52,954 bases of DNA from Paraglomus brasilianum (Eukaryota), in assembly GCA_910592345.1 (NCBI GenBank), contig CAJVPI010000112.1, positions 1 through 52,954 of the forward strand. Direction: 5' to 3'. The position numbers and the translations under genes were made by a program. Positions 36,117 to 49,493 of the stretch are shown here, one piece after another (the stretch's first letter is position 1; each line of letters begins with the position of its first letter). The notes below the pieces were generated by a model. It did no database searches. It saw nothing but the letters and a program-made list of their open reading frames with translations, and was not told where the DNA came from.

Positions 36117-39100
36117 TTAGCCAAACCACTTGTCAAAGAAACTCTCCGAACCCTCATCCTTCTGGCTATCGTCCTTGACACTAGCAGAGTCACCAGCACT
36201 ACTAGACGCGGCTGCTAAATGCTGTCTTAATCTTGACTCCAAGGTGCTAGCACTGGATACTGTTCGTGCTTTACGAATGGCGGCTGTCTCTATTGTTGGT
36301 GGTGGCGGTGCAGCTAATACCGGTTGTAAGGAGGACGTCTCGGATTCGGAGGATCGGATGGCAGTAAACGTTGGCGATCGTAACGGCGGCGTAATAGAAA
36401 AACTGGATAATAAACTTCTATCCATACCGCTCTCTCTCCAATAATTACTCATTGATAATCTATGCGACCTTCTGTTATAATCATTAACATTACGACCACC
36501 TCGAGTATCCTCCAAGTTCATCTTCAATCCTTTCGAATTCCTGGCTTTCTCCACTTCCTCTTCTCTCGTCTCGTAAACGGTACTTGTAGTACTCATGTTC
36601 GTATTGCCGTTGCTCCCGCCACCACCTACCCCGAAAAAAGACACCATGCTTTTCCTAACGATAGACCCCACTGATTCCACGCTTTCTCTTCTTGTATTAG
36701 AAGCACGATACGCCTCCGCATTACGATCGGCGAAGTATGAATCTTCGGCAAACGTATCAATACTGCCAACTGATATCTCCCGCTCATGTGAATACTCAAC
36801 AGACATCCTACGCGTATGATGGCGAGTTGTATTCGGTGGTTGTTCCTTCAATCCTCCAAATACTCTACTCAAGTACCCACTAATCCCGCCTTCATTTCTT
36901 TGACGACGCTTACTTTGATTGCTTCGTGCCTCGTTATCGTTTCTGCCGTTCATAACACTCTTACCAAACTCCTCTTCTGCCTTACGCCTACTCTCTTCCA
37001 CTTTCTGAAAATATGACACTTGTACGTCATTCACTAACATACGCAGCTTGCCGATCTCTGCCAAAGTGTCTTGCATAAAATGAGTAAGGGGTAGAAATTC
37101 CTCAGGTGAGAACGCATAAAGGTCCTTATTGCTTCCTTCGCTGCCATAAAAATCTCTATGTAACGCCTTTACATTTGTCTTTTCCCCTTCGAGAATTCTC
37201 AGCTCTTCAACCCATCTGAAACGCTCCCGCAAATTCTCGACGTCTGATAAAATATTCTCGATAAGATTGTTACTTAGACTCGACAGTTCCAATATGTCGA
37301 ATTCCCTCTTTAATCTACGATTTAACGCTATAATATCGGTTCCTTTCAGTCTATCCATTAAGTGAGTGCAAAGATTGAACAAGGCTTGATAAGGGCTTTG
37401 ATGATGTGGTGAATCCAGATCTCGGTTATTGGTGTCTGCATCGTTTCTTTCCGCAGGCGTGGATACCATGATAGATGGAACTCCAGTTGGGGTGGCATTC
37501 TGAGAAAGTGATGCTTTAGACGTCGAGCCACATTCATCCGTAATCGTAGCCGTATCTAAGTTGTCTTCGAGGAAAACTTCGAAATGAGATTAAGATATGT
37601 TAGCATGAGTATTGTTATCATAGTAAAATAACATTAGCGTTGATATTCTCACCTTCGTGTTCTTTGGCAACACCAGCACGCCATGCTTCCATCATGGCTT
37701 TGCGTTCTCTTGGACCCAATGTAGCAAACTTCGGATTTTTGAATGCTGGCATAGATAGACGTTCTGCTGATGACTTAGTGGACTTGCCTGAAGTTGGTGA
37801 GTTTGATGACTGTGAAACTCTAACTGATAGAGAACTGGGTGTAGCAGATGCAGCTCGTCTTTGAGCCAACGGGGATGATTGTGTGGGCTTGTGCTTGGAG
37901 ACTGTTGAAGTCGATGCTCCCGTCGATTTTCCTGCACTTGGCCGTCGGGAAAGACTACCACCAGTTGTTGGAGACAAAGGAGTTCGACGATGAGACGATT
38001 TCATTTCGTCCTTTCCTTTGGTGTTTATAGAAGGCACTCTCTTCTTCTTGTCAGCATCGTTCTTTAAAGCAGCTGATTCAGTGGATTTCTTCAACCCTGC
38101 AGACAACAAAGACACATTATTCCCTTTGAGAGTTGTTGACAACGGACTTACTCTTTGTTTCTTCTTCGGCGAGTCTGATATGCCATCTTTTGCCTTTGCT
38201 TTCTGTTGAGCCTTAGTTAGTTTTGCTGAGGAACTCTTTCCAACGGTAGGAGTACGTTTACCGCGCCGGTTCTTGGTGTTTTCTTCCGCGTTAGAATCCT
38301 GTATAGTGTCAATCAAGGGATGACCAAAAGAAAGAAGAACATTGCCTAAATAACTTATAATTTTGTAAGTTCGACTGTCCATAAACAGTAAAAATATGGT
38401 ATTGTACAACAGACAGACTAAGAAATTGACCCAGTAAAAGCACAATTTGGAGACTGGTAAATTTTGCATTTTAATAGATAAGTAAAGCATGATAAAACAA
38501 ACCCTATTAACGTCTCGTTCTCCATCTGAGTCCTCGCCGGATGTGTCAATATCATAAACTATCTCTTCAGATCTACCCGTTTTATTCTCAGCTGTGGATT
38601 CGCTTCTATCTGTTAGAATTTCCTCTTCATCAACGTCATTAACCGTGTCTAGTGGCGCTTTATTCCTCTTGTAACTGTCGTGTTGGCGTCTCCTTGACTG
38701 CTGTTTCAGTACTCCTTTTATTTCTTTTTCTAGTTCACCGAGCACACTCCCTCGCGGAACTTCCGGACTCTCAGGCGCATAGTGATGATAGTGATGATAA
38801 TAGTGATGGTAATGGAGTGGGTTTGAACTGGATAACATTGCAGCAGAACCTGCTGGAGAATTAAGTGAATTATCAACACCGAGACTATTGAGCGTAGGCG
38901 TAGTAGGTCCAAGTGAGGATGAGAGTGGAAAAGTTGATAATTGAGTGAGAATCGGACGCGGGACAGTAGCTTGTGGATTGCTTGCTTCAGCTATATCATC
39001 GACAGCAGTTGCAGTTATTTCTGACTGCTCTCCTATACTGATCACTTCATCCGATACATGTGGAGGAAGAGCTCTAACGAATGGTGACGCAACCGATGTA

Positions 39101-40851
39101 TTTGTCGTATAGCTTGCGGCGTACGTCGAGTATCCGTGGGCGCTCGCTGTCTCCATGTCTACTATTTTATCCTGTAGAGTGCTGACCTCATTCCGAGTCT
39201 CGGTCAACATTTCCTTGTATTCGGTAATCTGCGCTTTCAATTTGTCGTTAGCTGAAGAAAGTTCTCTAATCATAGCTGTGAAACAGGTATTGGTCTCTTT
39301 CAATTTGTTATTTTCTGAAGAAAGTTCCTTGATTCTATTAGCGAGATGAGTATTGGCCTCGTGATTTGGAGACGAAGACCGCTGAATAATATTTATTAGT
39401 TTAAACGAAGGCTTATATCAATGATTGTCTTCTAGTGAATTGTATTTCATTACTTACATTAGCATCGTCTCCGCAATTGCTTGGCTTGCGATCATTGAAA
39501 AATTCGGAAGGTTTCTGTTTCGGTACCGAAATTGGGTATTCTTGATATTCTTTCTTTAGCTTTTCATGAGTAGTATGTAAAGTATCTATCATATCAAAAA
39601 TTAAGTACACATTGAGCATTTGAATATTCCCGTAGAATTTGGCGCGCGTGAACTAACCTAGCATCTTGAATTTTGACCTGTTTGCTATAACCTTTCTAAT
39701 GATATATATATATCTATTATCAACTGTCTTACTCTATGCTATAATATAATAATGATACGCTCGATCCCTTTGAGAGTAATCTATTACCATATTTGGCTTT
39801 GAGCTTCTTTACTCTTGCTTCGGCAGCACTCTCTGCTTTTCTAGCAACATTCAACTCCTGCTTGAGATCTTCCAATTGCCGCCGCAATTCATCTTCTCTT
39901 TCTTCACCACGTTCGGCATTCAACTTATTCGTCATGAGCCTTTTTATTTCGTCTTCACATTCTTTGAATTCCTTATTAAGATCTCGTAATTGAGCATCTC
40001 TATCGTCTAACTGCAAAGTCAATGACTCATTTTTCTGGACAATTGAAGATGGTGGAATCGATAGATGTAGATCCAGGGTATAGAAAAAGGCATAAATTGT
40101 TGTTCTTTCTAGCACATTCAATTTTATCTCACAGGATTACCTTTTCTAGCAAATACTTCTGTCTTGTTGCGTCATCTCTGTCACTTGTTAGCTTGCGTTG
40201 AGATTCTTTGAGTTCCCGAACAATGTCCTCCAATTCTTGGGCTCTTTGTTCAGCAGCAACACACTGATAGATCAGATTTATATAGTGAGTCTTCCAAGAA
40301 CACCAAGTTATAATAGCACAACGCGTTGCAAAAAAAGGGGGGTTTCTGTTCTAAAACTAACCTGTTCTGTTAATCTTTCCTCCAATTCCCCCATTTCTCT
40401 CTGTGTCATCTGATGTCTCTGTAAAACAGTTTGACCAACCTCTGAAATAGGCAAATATGCATTATTAGTTAAACGTATCATAAAATATGATACACAAGTA
40501 ATTCGTTGACTTGTTCTCTACTATACCAGCAGCCAACCTCAGTTCTTCCTCAAGTGATCTTGCGCTCCTGTAGAACGATTGTAAGCTACTACAGTCCTCT
40601 CTTCCACAACAGCACTGTAAAGACATGGGTGACCTAGGAACTGGAGAAGAGGCTATGGCTTCGATGAATTCAAGGTTTGTCATACTGTTGATGCGAGGAC
40701 GTCCTCCAACAGTCAAAGCATCATCATCACTGTTCGAGTCGGTGCCGTGAAGAGATGGTTCTATTAGGCGGTCGGATTGAGGAACATCGCTGGTAGAGTT
40801 GGAGGGAAGTCGATAGAGAGAGGAGTATCCCGGAGCTGGTTGTGTGTTCAT
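36117..40851 (-). CDS. Large coiled-coil protein with CCCGxxDC motif and CC1-box-like segment, ~9 exons
   Basis: ATG 40851. Exons 1/2 join to LQCCCGREDC...LEEELRLAAEVGQTVLQRHQ. Long heptad segments and S/T/K-rich disordered tracts follow, then a helical block (RLKGTDIIALNRRLKREFDILELS) and the end FFDKWFG*. Confidence 0.85.
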
Positions 40852-41929
40852 AGTGTGATAAGATATCAATAAAATAAAATATATGTGTATAGATAAGAGA
40901 GTGAGTAGTGTTGTAGAGTGCGTTGGGTGGTTGGGAGATTGGTGAACAGAAGCACTGTTGTATTGGTGATTCTATCACCCCAACGCTGTGCTAGAGTATA
41001 GATTTGCTTCTTGCTCTTTGTGATATCCTCTATTTCTGTATTATAGAAAATGTATCCTTAAGGGCCCAAAGATGGGGGCTTTTATCTGTCATACAGACGA
41101 CATATCTAACATAGACATGAAATGCATAATGTACGTGATTTATATAATCATGTGACACATGGCATGTGACTATAAGGGTCATTAGGGATTGTGAACACCT
41201 GGGTGTTGTGAACATTAATATGGATATGTAATGGTAAAGATTAACCCCTATTACTACTACTACTAAAACGCATCACAATAGATACTTGTGTCCGCAGTAC
41301 GCTCAATGGACAAGTCATTGATAGACAACCGATAACTCATTTATGATGCAACCTAAAATTTTACATATGAGACGCTATTCTTTCTACTTTTGTACAAATA
41401 TCGCGACCGGAAATATAGTCCGATTCACAATAAGGGCATATGCAGTAATGCAATAACCGATTTCTGACGCAAAAATAAATTAGGCGTTTTCCGCAGCACA
41501 GCACAGTTCCACAGATGATCGCCTTTCGAAATCTATAAAAAGAAAAAGTGTAGCCAAAAACCAAAGCTTCTTATTTCGACTCTTTCATTTTTTTATACAT
41601 ATTCCTCCTTCATACCTTCCCTTTCCAACCCGTCCCCCTTTGCCACTCCTTTCAACTAGCTGAATGTCTTCTGCCATCCAATCGGATCGTAAAATGCACG
41701 AGCACATCCTCGTTCCAATTTACTCAGTTTTCCACCACTTTGTGTCTTCTCAAAACTCGGGAAAACCCCGAAATGGTCTCGGTTTACGTCAGAGATGTAA
41801 GAATAGCCCCTTGTGGGTGCGGAATAAGACACGGTATATAAAGAATAAAATTGTGCTGCTAATACTCTACTCACTATAACATTTGCATATAACTAACACA
41901 AAAAAAATATGATATCTCATAGACACTGC

Positions 41930-43490
<1,561 letters not shown>

Positions 43491-46400
43491 TAGCTGTCTA
43501 ATCTCAAAGTGAAAGACAGTAATAGACTTTTAACCGCTTTAGACGCTAACTCTTTTATTAATTCCCACTGCGGCCGACGACATTTTGGTATAATATTGGT
43601 CATATTGTATATTATTTCGAAACTGGTGTACTTTAGACGTCTTATTCACATCTAAAATAATTCGTATAAAAAATGATATGTTGTTGTACCTTGTAATTGT
43701 TTAATAAAGCTGCTGGACAATAATTTATTTGTATAAACAAAAAAACGGTAATACTATATATATGGGGCATGCTGCAACAAAACAGCTAAAAAAAGGCCAA
43801 CTGTAACGTGGCCGAGAAGCCACCAATACTAATACAACATGTTTTGGCTTCGGTGGCACGCAGTGGTTCATGTCCAAATTTCTGCACATTTTTAAATCCA
43901 TCATGCAAATTTGTCTAACATTAAATTAGGTCAAATAAACTTCTGCTTGAGATTATGACAGGATTATCTCCATATAAAATAAAATAGTAACAGGAACCCA
44001 TATTTAATGTAACACAGAATTGTATCTCAACTTGTCAAACCTGGTTGCTGGCTTAATGTAAAAAAAGTTTACCGTAATTGACATTTGTCTAAGTAAAGAT
44101 ATTTAGTAATTCAACACAATAACTCAATTCGGTATATATAATTGTATAGATTCATGGTTGTTTTCCTACACAATATTATCTAGCTAGTTCTAAATTGGAT
44201 GATTGAGGGGTTTTAAAACGTTTTTACTGACACATTTGCAGTTTCTGTTTGATAATAAACATTGCATAAGGCCTTCTTTTCAATTGGGGCATTTTGAGAT
44301 GAAATAAATTGTCCATGCATGACTTTTTTCATATGAAATTCTTTCTGTTTATCTGACCACACATAATAATAAGGATCTTTGATAATTAGTTAATGAATCA
44401 TTTCCTTTTATACAGCAGTTGATTAAGTATAAGGCTGATAATTCGACAGTTTACATTAATTTCATTATATTAATGAAAAGTCAGATTATTCGATTGTAAT
44501 TGCATGCCACTTTATATAAATGCTGGTCTTGCTCCAGGCAATTAAAGTCAAATCATAGAGATTTGAATTAAAGGCAGTTGACTGTACAGTGCAAAAGAAA
44601 GTAAATACATATACAATTACAATGCAGCTGGACTAAAGAAACCAACATTGACCCAAAATCAAATGGATTCTCCTCTTTCTATGTTGGCCAAGTCAAATAA
44701 TAATCAGGAAGTCTAAAGCTGGGCATTATAATTATGGATGCTGCTAACATTACTTGATAATGAAATTAAATGTCAGCTTTTAGACACTTTCATCAGATAC
44801 AGATAAATGTCATTACCAAACAATCAAATAGATCATGTTAGTAACTTTTCTTTTGAATTGATACAACCAGCACAACACATATGAATATAGTTTCAAATCA
44901 GTTGCCGCGCACAACAGACTGGAGCTATCTTAGAACTACGCTCGCCATATTGTATATTGACCGCAGCATCGTTCCGTTTTACCTTTATTGCCTTACTACA
45001 AAGAAGCTACCCGCCCTATCGGCCGCATACAGTTCATGAACGCGCAGCTCACGGCTTCCATCGCCCTATTATTGGCCGCAGGAAACTACGGAGCTGAAAG
45101 TATTATCTACTCGTCGAATCGAGACTAGTACATCTCCTTTTCTTTTATTCTGTTTTCCAAAATAGGGATTTCTAATAAATATAAACAATTTTTCAGATCA
45201 GAAAATGGAACTTGATCATGTGATTTTCGTATCATAATCACAGCTAATAAACCTTGCCAAAGGGAGGCATTATTGCCAGCCAAAAAGTTTACATTTTCAC
45301 AGTTTCAAGGACAATAAGCATTGTTGTTGCATAACATAAACAGTAACACGTTCACCTTAAAGAATGTTTTGAACATGTCTCCTTTTAAAATGGGCACTTA
45401 AAAGTTTAGTAACTGGAAATGAATACTTTTCATTTATGCAGTTCTCACACCCAAACCATTTTTCTAGCAAACAAAATTTCTTCCATATTCAGAAAGACAG
45501 TGCACTATTTTACACGTCAAAATTGCATAATATAAGAGTTTGCATACCCAAAATATAAATTTTAGTATTAGTCATGATATACTTTTGCGGATTTGCTTAC
45601 CAAACCTAGTTTTTACTACTTTTCAAGCTCACAAAGCTTGAAAGCTGAGGATTGCGGTTTCTAATTTTTGCCTAATACTAATAGTCCTCAATTAGTTGAA
45701 ATTGGAACTTCGAGCAGGTCCTCTATGCTGTTGTTGCAGCAGCCAAAGGCAAAATTGTGTGATGACAAGGATTCGGAATTATCCTACAACATCAGTGATC
45801 TCATGTGAGATACAGGTCTGGAATATGAGAATGCTTTACTTAACAATAAATGTGAATATTTAAAAAATAGTTTCTTTGAGTTATCCGATGATTTACGATA
45901 AAATTTATCTTCAAAAACAGTTATCCGTCTATTAGTATCAATATTGTGAATATAGAGCGCATGCGCACAGTCTGTAAACAGTTTTACGTATTGCAATTAT
46001 TAGCATCTGATCAGCAAATTGTAGTGACCACTCACATTGTCGGGCATGCAAAATATTTCATGTGAACAAGTCTTTCATGCTGTACTCAATTTAACCAATT
46101 TTTAATAATATATTTAGATAAAATAATTTAATACAAACATTAGTACCCCAATTTTTGTAATTCTTAAGTTCCAATTTGAATGTAATAATAATAAATATAA
46201 ATAAAATAGGTCAAGAGTTAACAATACTACCACTACCCGCGCTATAAAACTCTGGTATAGCGAACCAGAATTGTTGGAACCAAATTATTATTAATAAACC
46301 TGGTCATGACCAACTTAATAAATCTGATTCTTTTTGAACTGTCACATGATAATAAATGCACAATGTATCTAATTGTCTTGGTATGCTAAGAGCTAAAGTA

Positions 46401-46861
46401 ACAAAAATTTCGTTTCGATTCCGTTTAATTCTTTTCAAATAGAAAATCTATAGCGATATCAACTACTTTTTTTAAAAAAAAAAAGTTCAACTGGGTTAAA
46501 TCAGAGCTATTAGACGGTCAACCCATAATTCTGAGAGCACAGTCATATGGGAAGTTTCATGGTTTCCCTATGCTTCGAATTGTGGTCTTGCTAGGGCATC
46601 TGATTTTTTCCCCTCTATAATGGCGTTTGCAATATCAAAGAGATTTTCAGTTAATTTTACGGTAGAGTATACCATTCGTGACATGTTTTATTCTATTACT
46701 TTCTCGAGCACTCTATCTTTGTAATATTGTACGTGGAGTGGTTGAAAAGTTCTGATCGTGGACATTTCTGTCTAACATATTTAAAAACAAAGACTATAAT
46801 TACATGTCTGTGGTTCCAATGTACAACTGAAAAAAAGTCGGGATAATTGTCGAACTACGTA

Positions 46862-47279
46862 ACACACCCCTACAATAAATGAACGAGTAAAACATATGAA
46901 AAGGCTTTCTTTTCAAAATCTCTATCTGCCCATGTATACTATGCAAATGACAATAGTTTTTATATGATTTTGAAGCTAATTGATTGTATGTTTTGGGGGA
47001 AAAAAAATAACAGTAAAATTTTATTATAAAGCTGTAGCATGTTGAAGTAGCTGTCTTTAACTTACGATATAAAAATATATGATTATATATGTATACACTC
47101 ATTTCATCTATTTAACAAGATATAAAATTTTATTGCTATTTTTTCAAAAAGCACAATCAATTAGCTTCAAAACCATACAACAAACTATTGTCATTTGCAT
47201 AGTATACATGGGCAGATAGAGATTTTGAAAAGAAAGCCTTTTCATATGTTTTACTCGTTCATTTATTGTAGGGCAGGTG
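46862..47279. mobile_element. MITE 1 (Tc1-like, long TIRs)
   Basis: 46868-46959 is a perfect 92-bp inverted repeat of 47182-47273, extending imperfectly to ~120 bp. Non-coding AT-rich core. Ends ...GGTG followed by TA. Confidence 0.85.
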
Positions 47280-47281
47280 TA

Positions 47282-47745
47282 CAGTACCCTGCCAGAAGTG
47301 AGTGATCATCACGAAAATTTACTAGTAAACCATATGGAATATCTTTCTTTTCAAAATCTCTCCGGCACATGCGAAGAATGATATTTTTTTGTATGGTTTG
47401 GAAGCTAATTGATTGTGCTTTTCCAAAAAATTAACAATAAATTTTTATAAATTATTGTTATAAAGCGGTAGCAACTTGAAGTAGCTGTCTTTAAGTCACG
47501 ATATGAAAATCTATAATTATATGTGTATAGCACGTATACTCACACTTCGTCAAGCTTTGATTTATAACGATAATATATACTTTTTTTTTCCCTTCAAAAA
47601 GCACAATCAATTAGCTTCCAAACCATACAAAAAATATATTATCCTTCGTATAGTACACATGTGCCGGAGAGATTTTGAAAAGAAAGATATTCCATATGTT
47701 TTACTAGTAAATTTTCGTGGTGATCACTCACTTCTAGCAGGTATA
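47282..47745. mobile_element. MITE 2 (related to MITE 1)
   Basis: ~47288-47425 is inverted relative to ~47596-47741. Shares TIR blocks (ttttcaaaatctct, gaagctaattgattgt) and core (ttgaagtagctgtctttaa) with MITE 1. Begins TA-CAGT. Confidence 0.85.
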
Positions 47746-49344
47746 TTCATAATGTTATAACGATAATGCATATGAAGTGATTTGCAATATTCTAAAATCA
47801 AATGTCGGGTGTTTGAAACATTTGCTGCAGACATCGGATTGCGATAAAATTTTGCAAGTCATGAGGGTTGTTATATGGCATGTTCAGAGAATTTTCAATG
47901 CCGTTCCCTAATTTCTATGACGAATTAGAAATTTCCATTCTAACCATGGTTATGTACAGTACATCTTTATAAATTCCTATCTCCATATCCTATCTCCATA
48001 CATTTCTAAGTATCTACTTTTTTCTTTTGTTTGTTCTTAGGAACTGCATAGAGCTGCATGGATTTGTGGTTACTGCAATTGAAATGATCTCAGTCACGTA
48101 TACGTAGTATTTTTATTTATGGCAATGGTAACATTGTAATTCCGAATCACAACTTGTGCAAATCTCTAACGGTGGTTCAGACAAAAAAAATCCCCGTGGG
48201 GGCAATTCAATACATATCAAGACCAAATATATTCATACATGAGCTATCACAGATAGGAAAGGAAGTTTCAGTGACACAACAAATAAAAATATAAATTGAC
48301 CTAATGGCTTATAACAGCTTAGCTAAAGCCAATTGTTTGAAAAGCGATCTCGCTTCTGGTATGTTCGGTTGTTTGAGAGAACGACTTTCAATCAGGGAAT
48401 ATTCATAACTCTCTAAACAACGTCTTGTTAACGCGACCGCTTCATTCATGGCATTAGCCAATGCTACGTATATATTCGTTATTCAATCCCCCGAGTTGCT
48501 TACCTATAATGAGTAAATAGAACATCTTTATTCTTATGTGCCAACTTCGAGCTTCTTTCATCCATAATACTTAAAATTTAACCTCCCCACCCCCGACTCT
48601 TTCAGCGGTAGCCCGTCAAAAAGAAGAGAAATTAGACCAAACACTGATATACGAATATACACGTATAATGAAGAAGGAGCGACTAACTTCGATTCGTTGA
48701 TTGGAAGTATTTCTGATCTTTTTGGATGGATATATTGAATTTGTATGTAGACAATGAATTAAATTTGATTGGTCATCTTATTCATATTTACAATTCGAAA
48801 GCAATCACTATACTAAAATAAAATAAAAACTTACAGAAGTTTTTATTACAAATTAATTGGCAAAGCTAAGGCTCATAGACTGCGGCCTGTTATGTCAGAA
48901 CTTGTCAGTTATGACAATATTCTAATGACAGACACAGTTTCAGTTCCGATTTTTAAATATTATTTCGTACTATATGGAGGTTAACGAAAACATAAAATCA
49001 CGATATTATGGTAGGTGAAAACTGCAGTGCTCAGTAGTTCTGAACCTGAGAGCATTATGTTCAGTTCCTCTGGTTTTGTTCTCATATATTCAAAGTTTTG
49101 AAATACAAGTCGTACCGGCTTGCTCACTATACTTTACGCCTTGTCAAACAGATGTAAATGAAATCGCGCCTCGGAAGCGCAAACACCTTGCGACATGAAT
49201 AAATCGACTGAAAATGATTATAAGAAATTTCTCAAGAAGGCGCGTCGAACCTACGTCTTGTCGCTGAACAAAAGTATCTATTGCTTACGAAGCAGCTTAC
49301 AGCGGAAGCTGTCGTAGCATACATAAACAAGAAAGAATAACTCG

Positions 49345-49371
49345 ATTATTATTATTATTATTATTATTATT
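49345..49371. repeat. (ATT)9 microsatellite
   Basis: Direct reading of the sequence. Confidence 0.95.
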
Positions 49372-49457
49372 AATAAGTCTGAACACAACCACTCTCTCAG
49401 CGCGACTGATCGTAATGACAAAATTGTAAAGCGAGATGCGGATACTGCATAATATCG

Positions 49458-49460
<3 letters not shown>

Positions 49461-49491
<31 letters not shown>
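49461..49491. repeat. (TA)15 microsatellite
   Basis: Direct reading of the sequence. Confidence 0.95.

Positions 49492-49493
<2 letters not shown>

Noticed and set aside
21824..39993. Plus-strand ORFs antisense to TAF14, SEC65, NOP15, RAD4 and the coiled-coil gene
   Set aside because: Shadow ORFs of real coding exons, with no independent coding signal.
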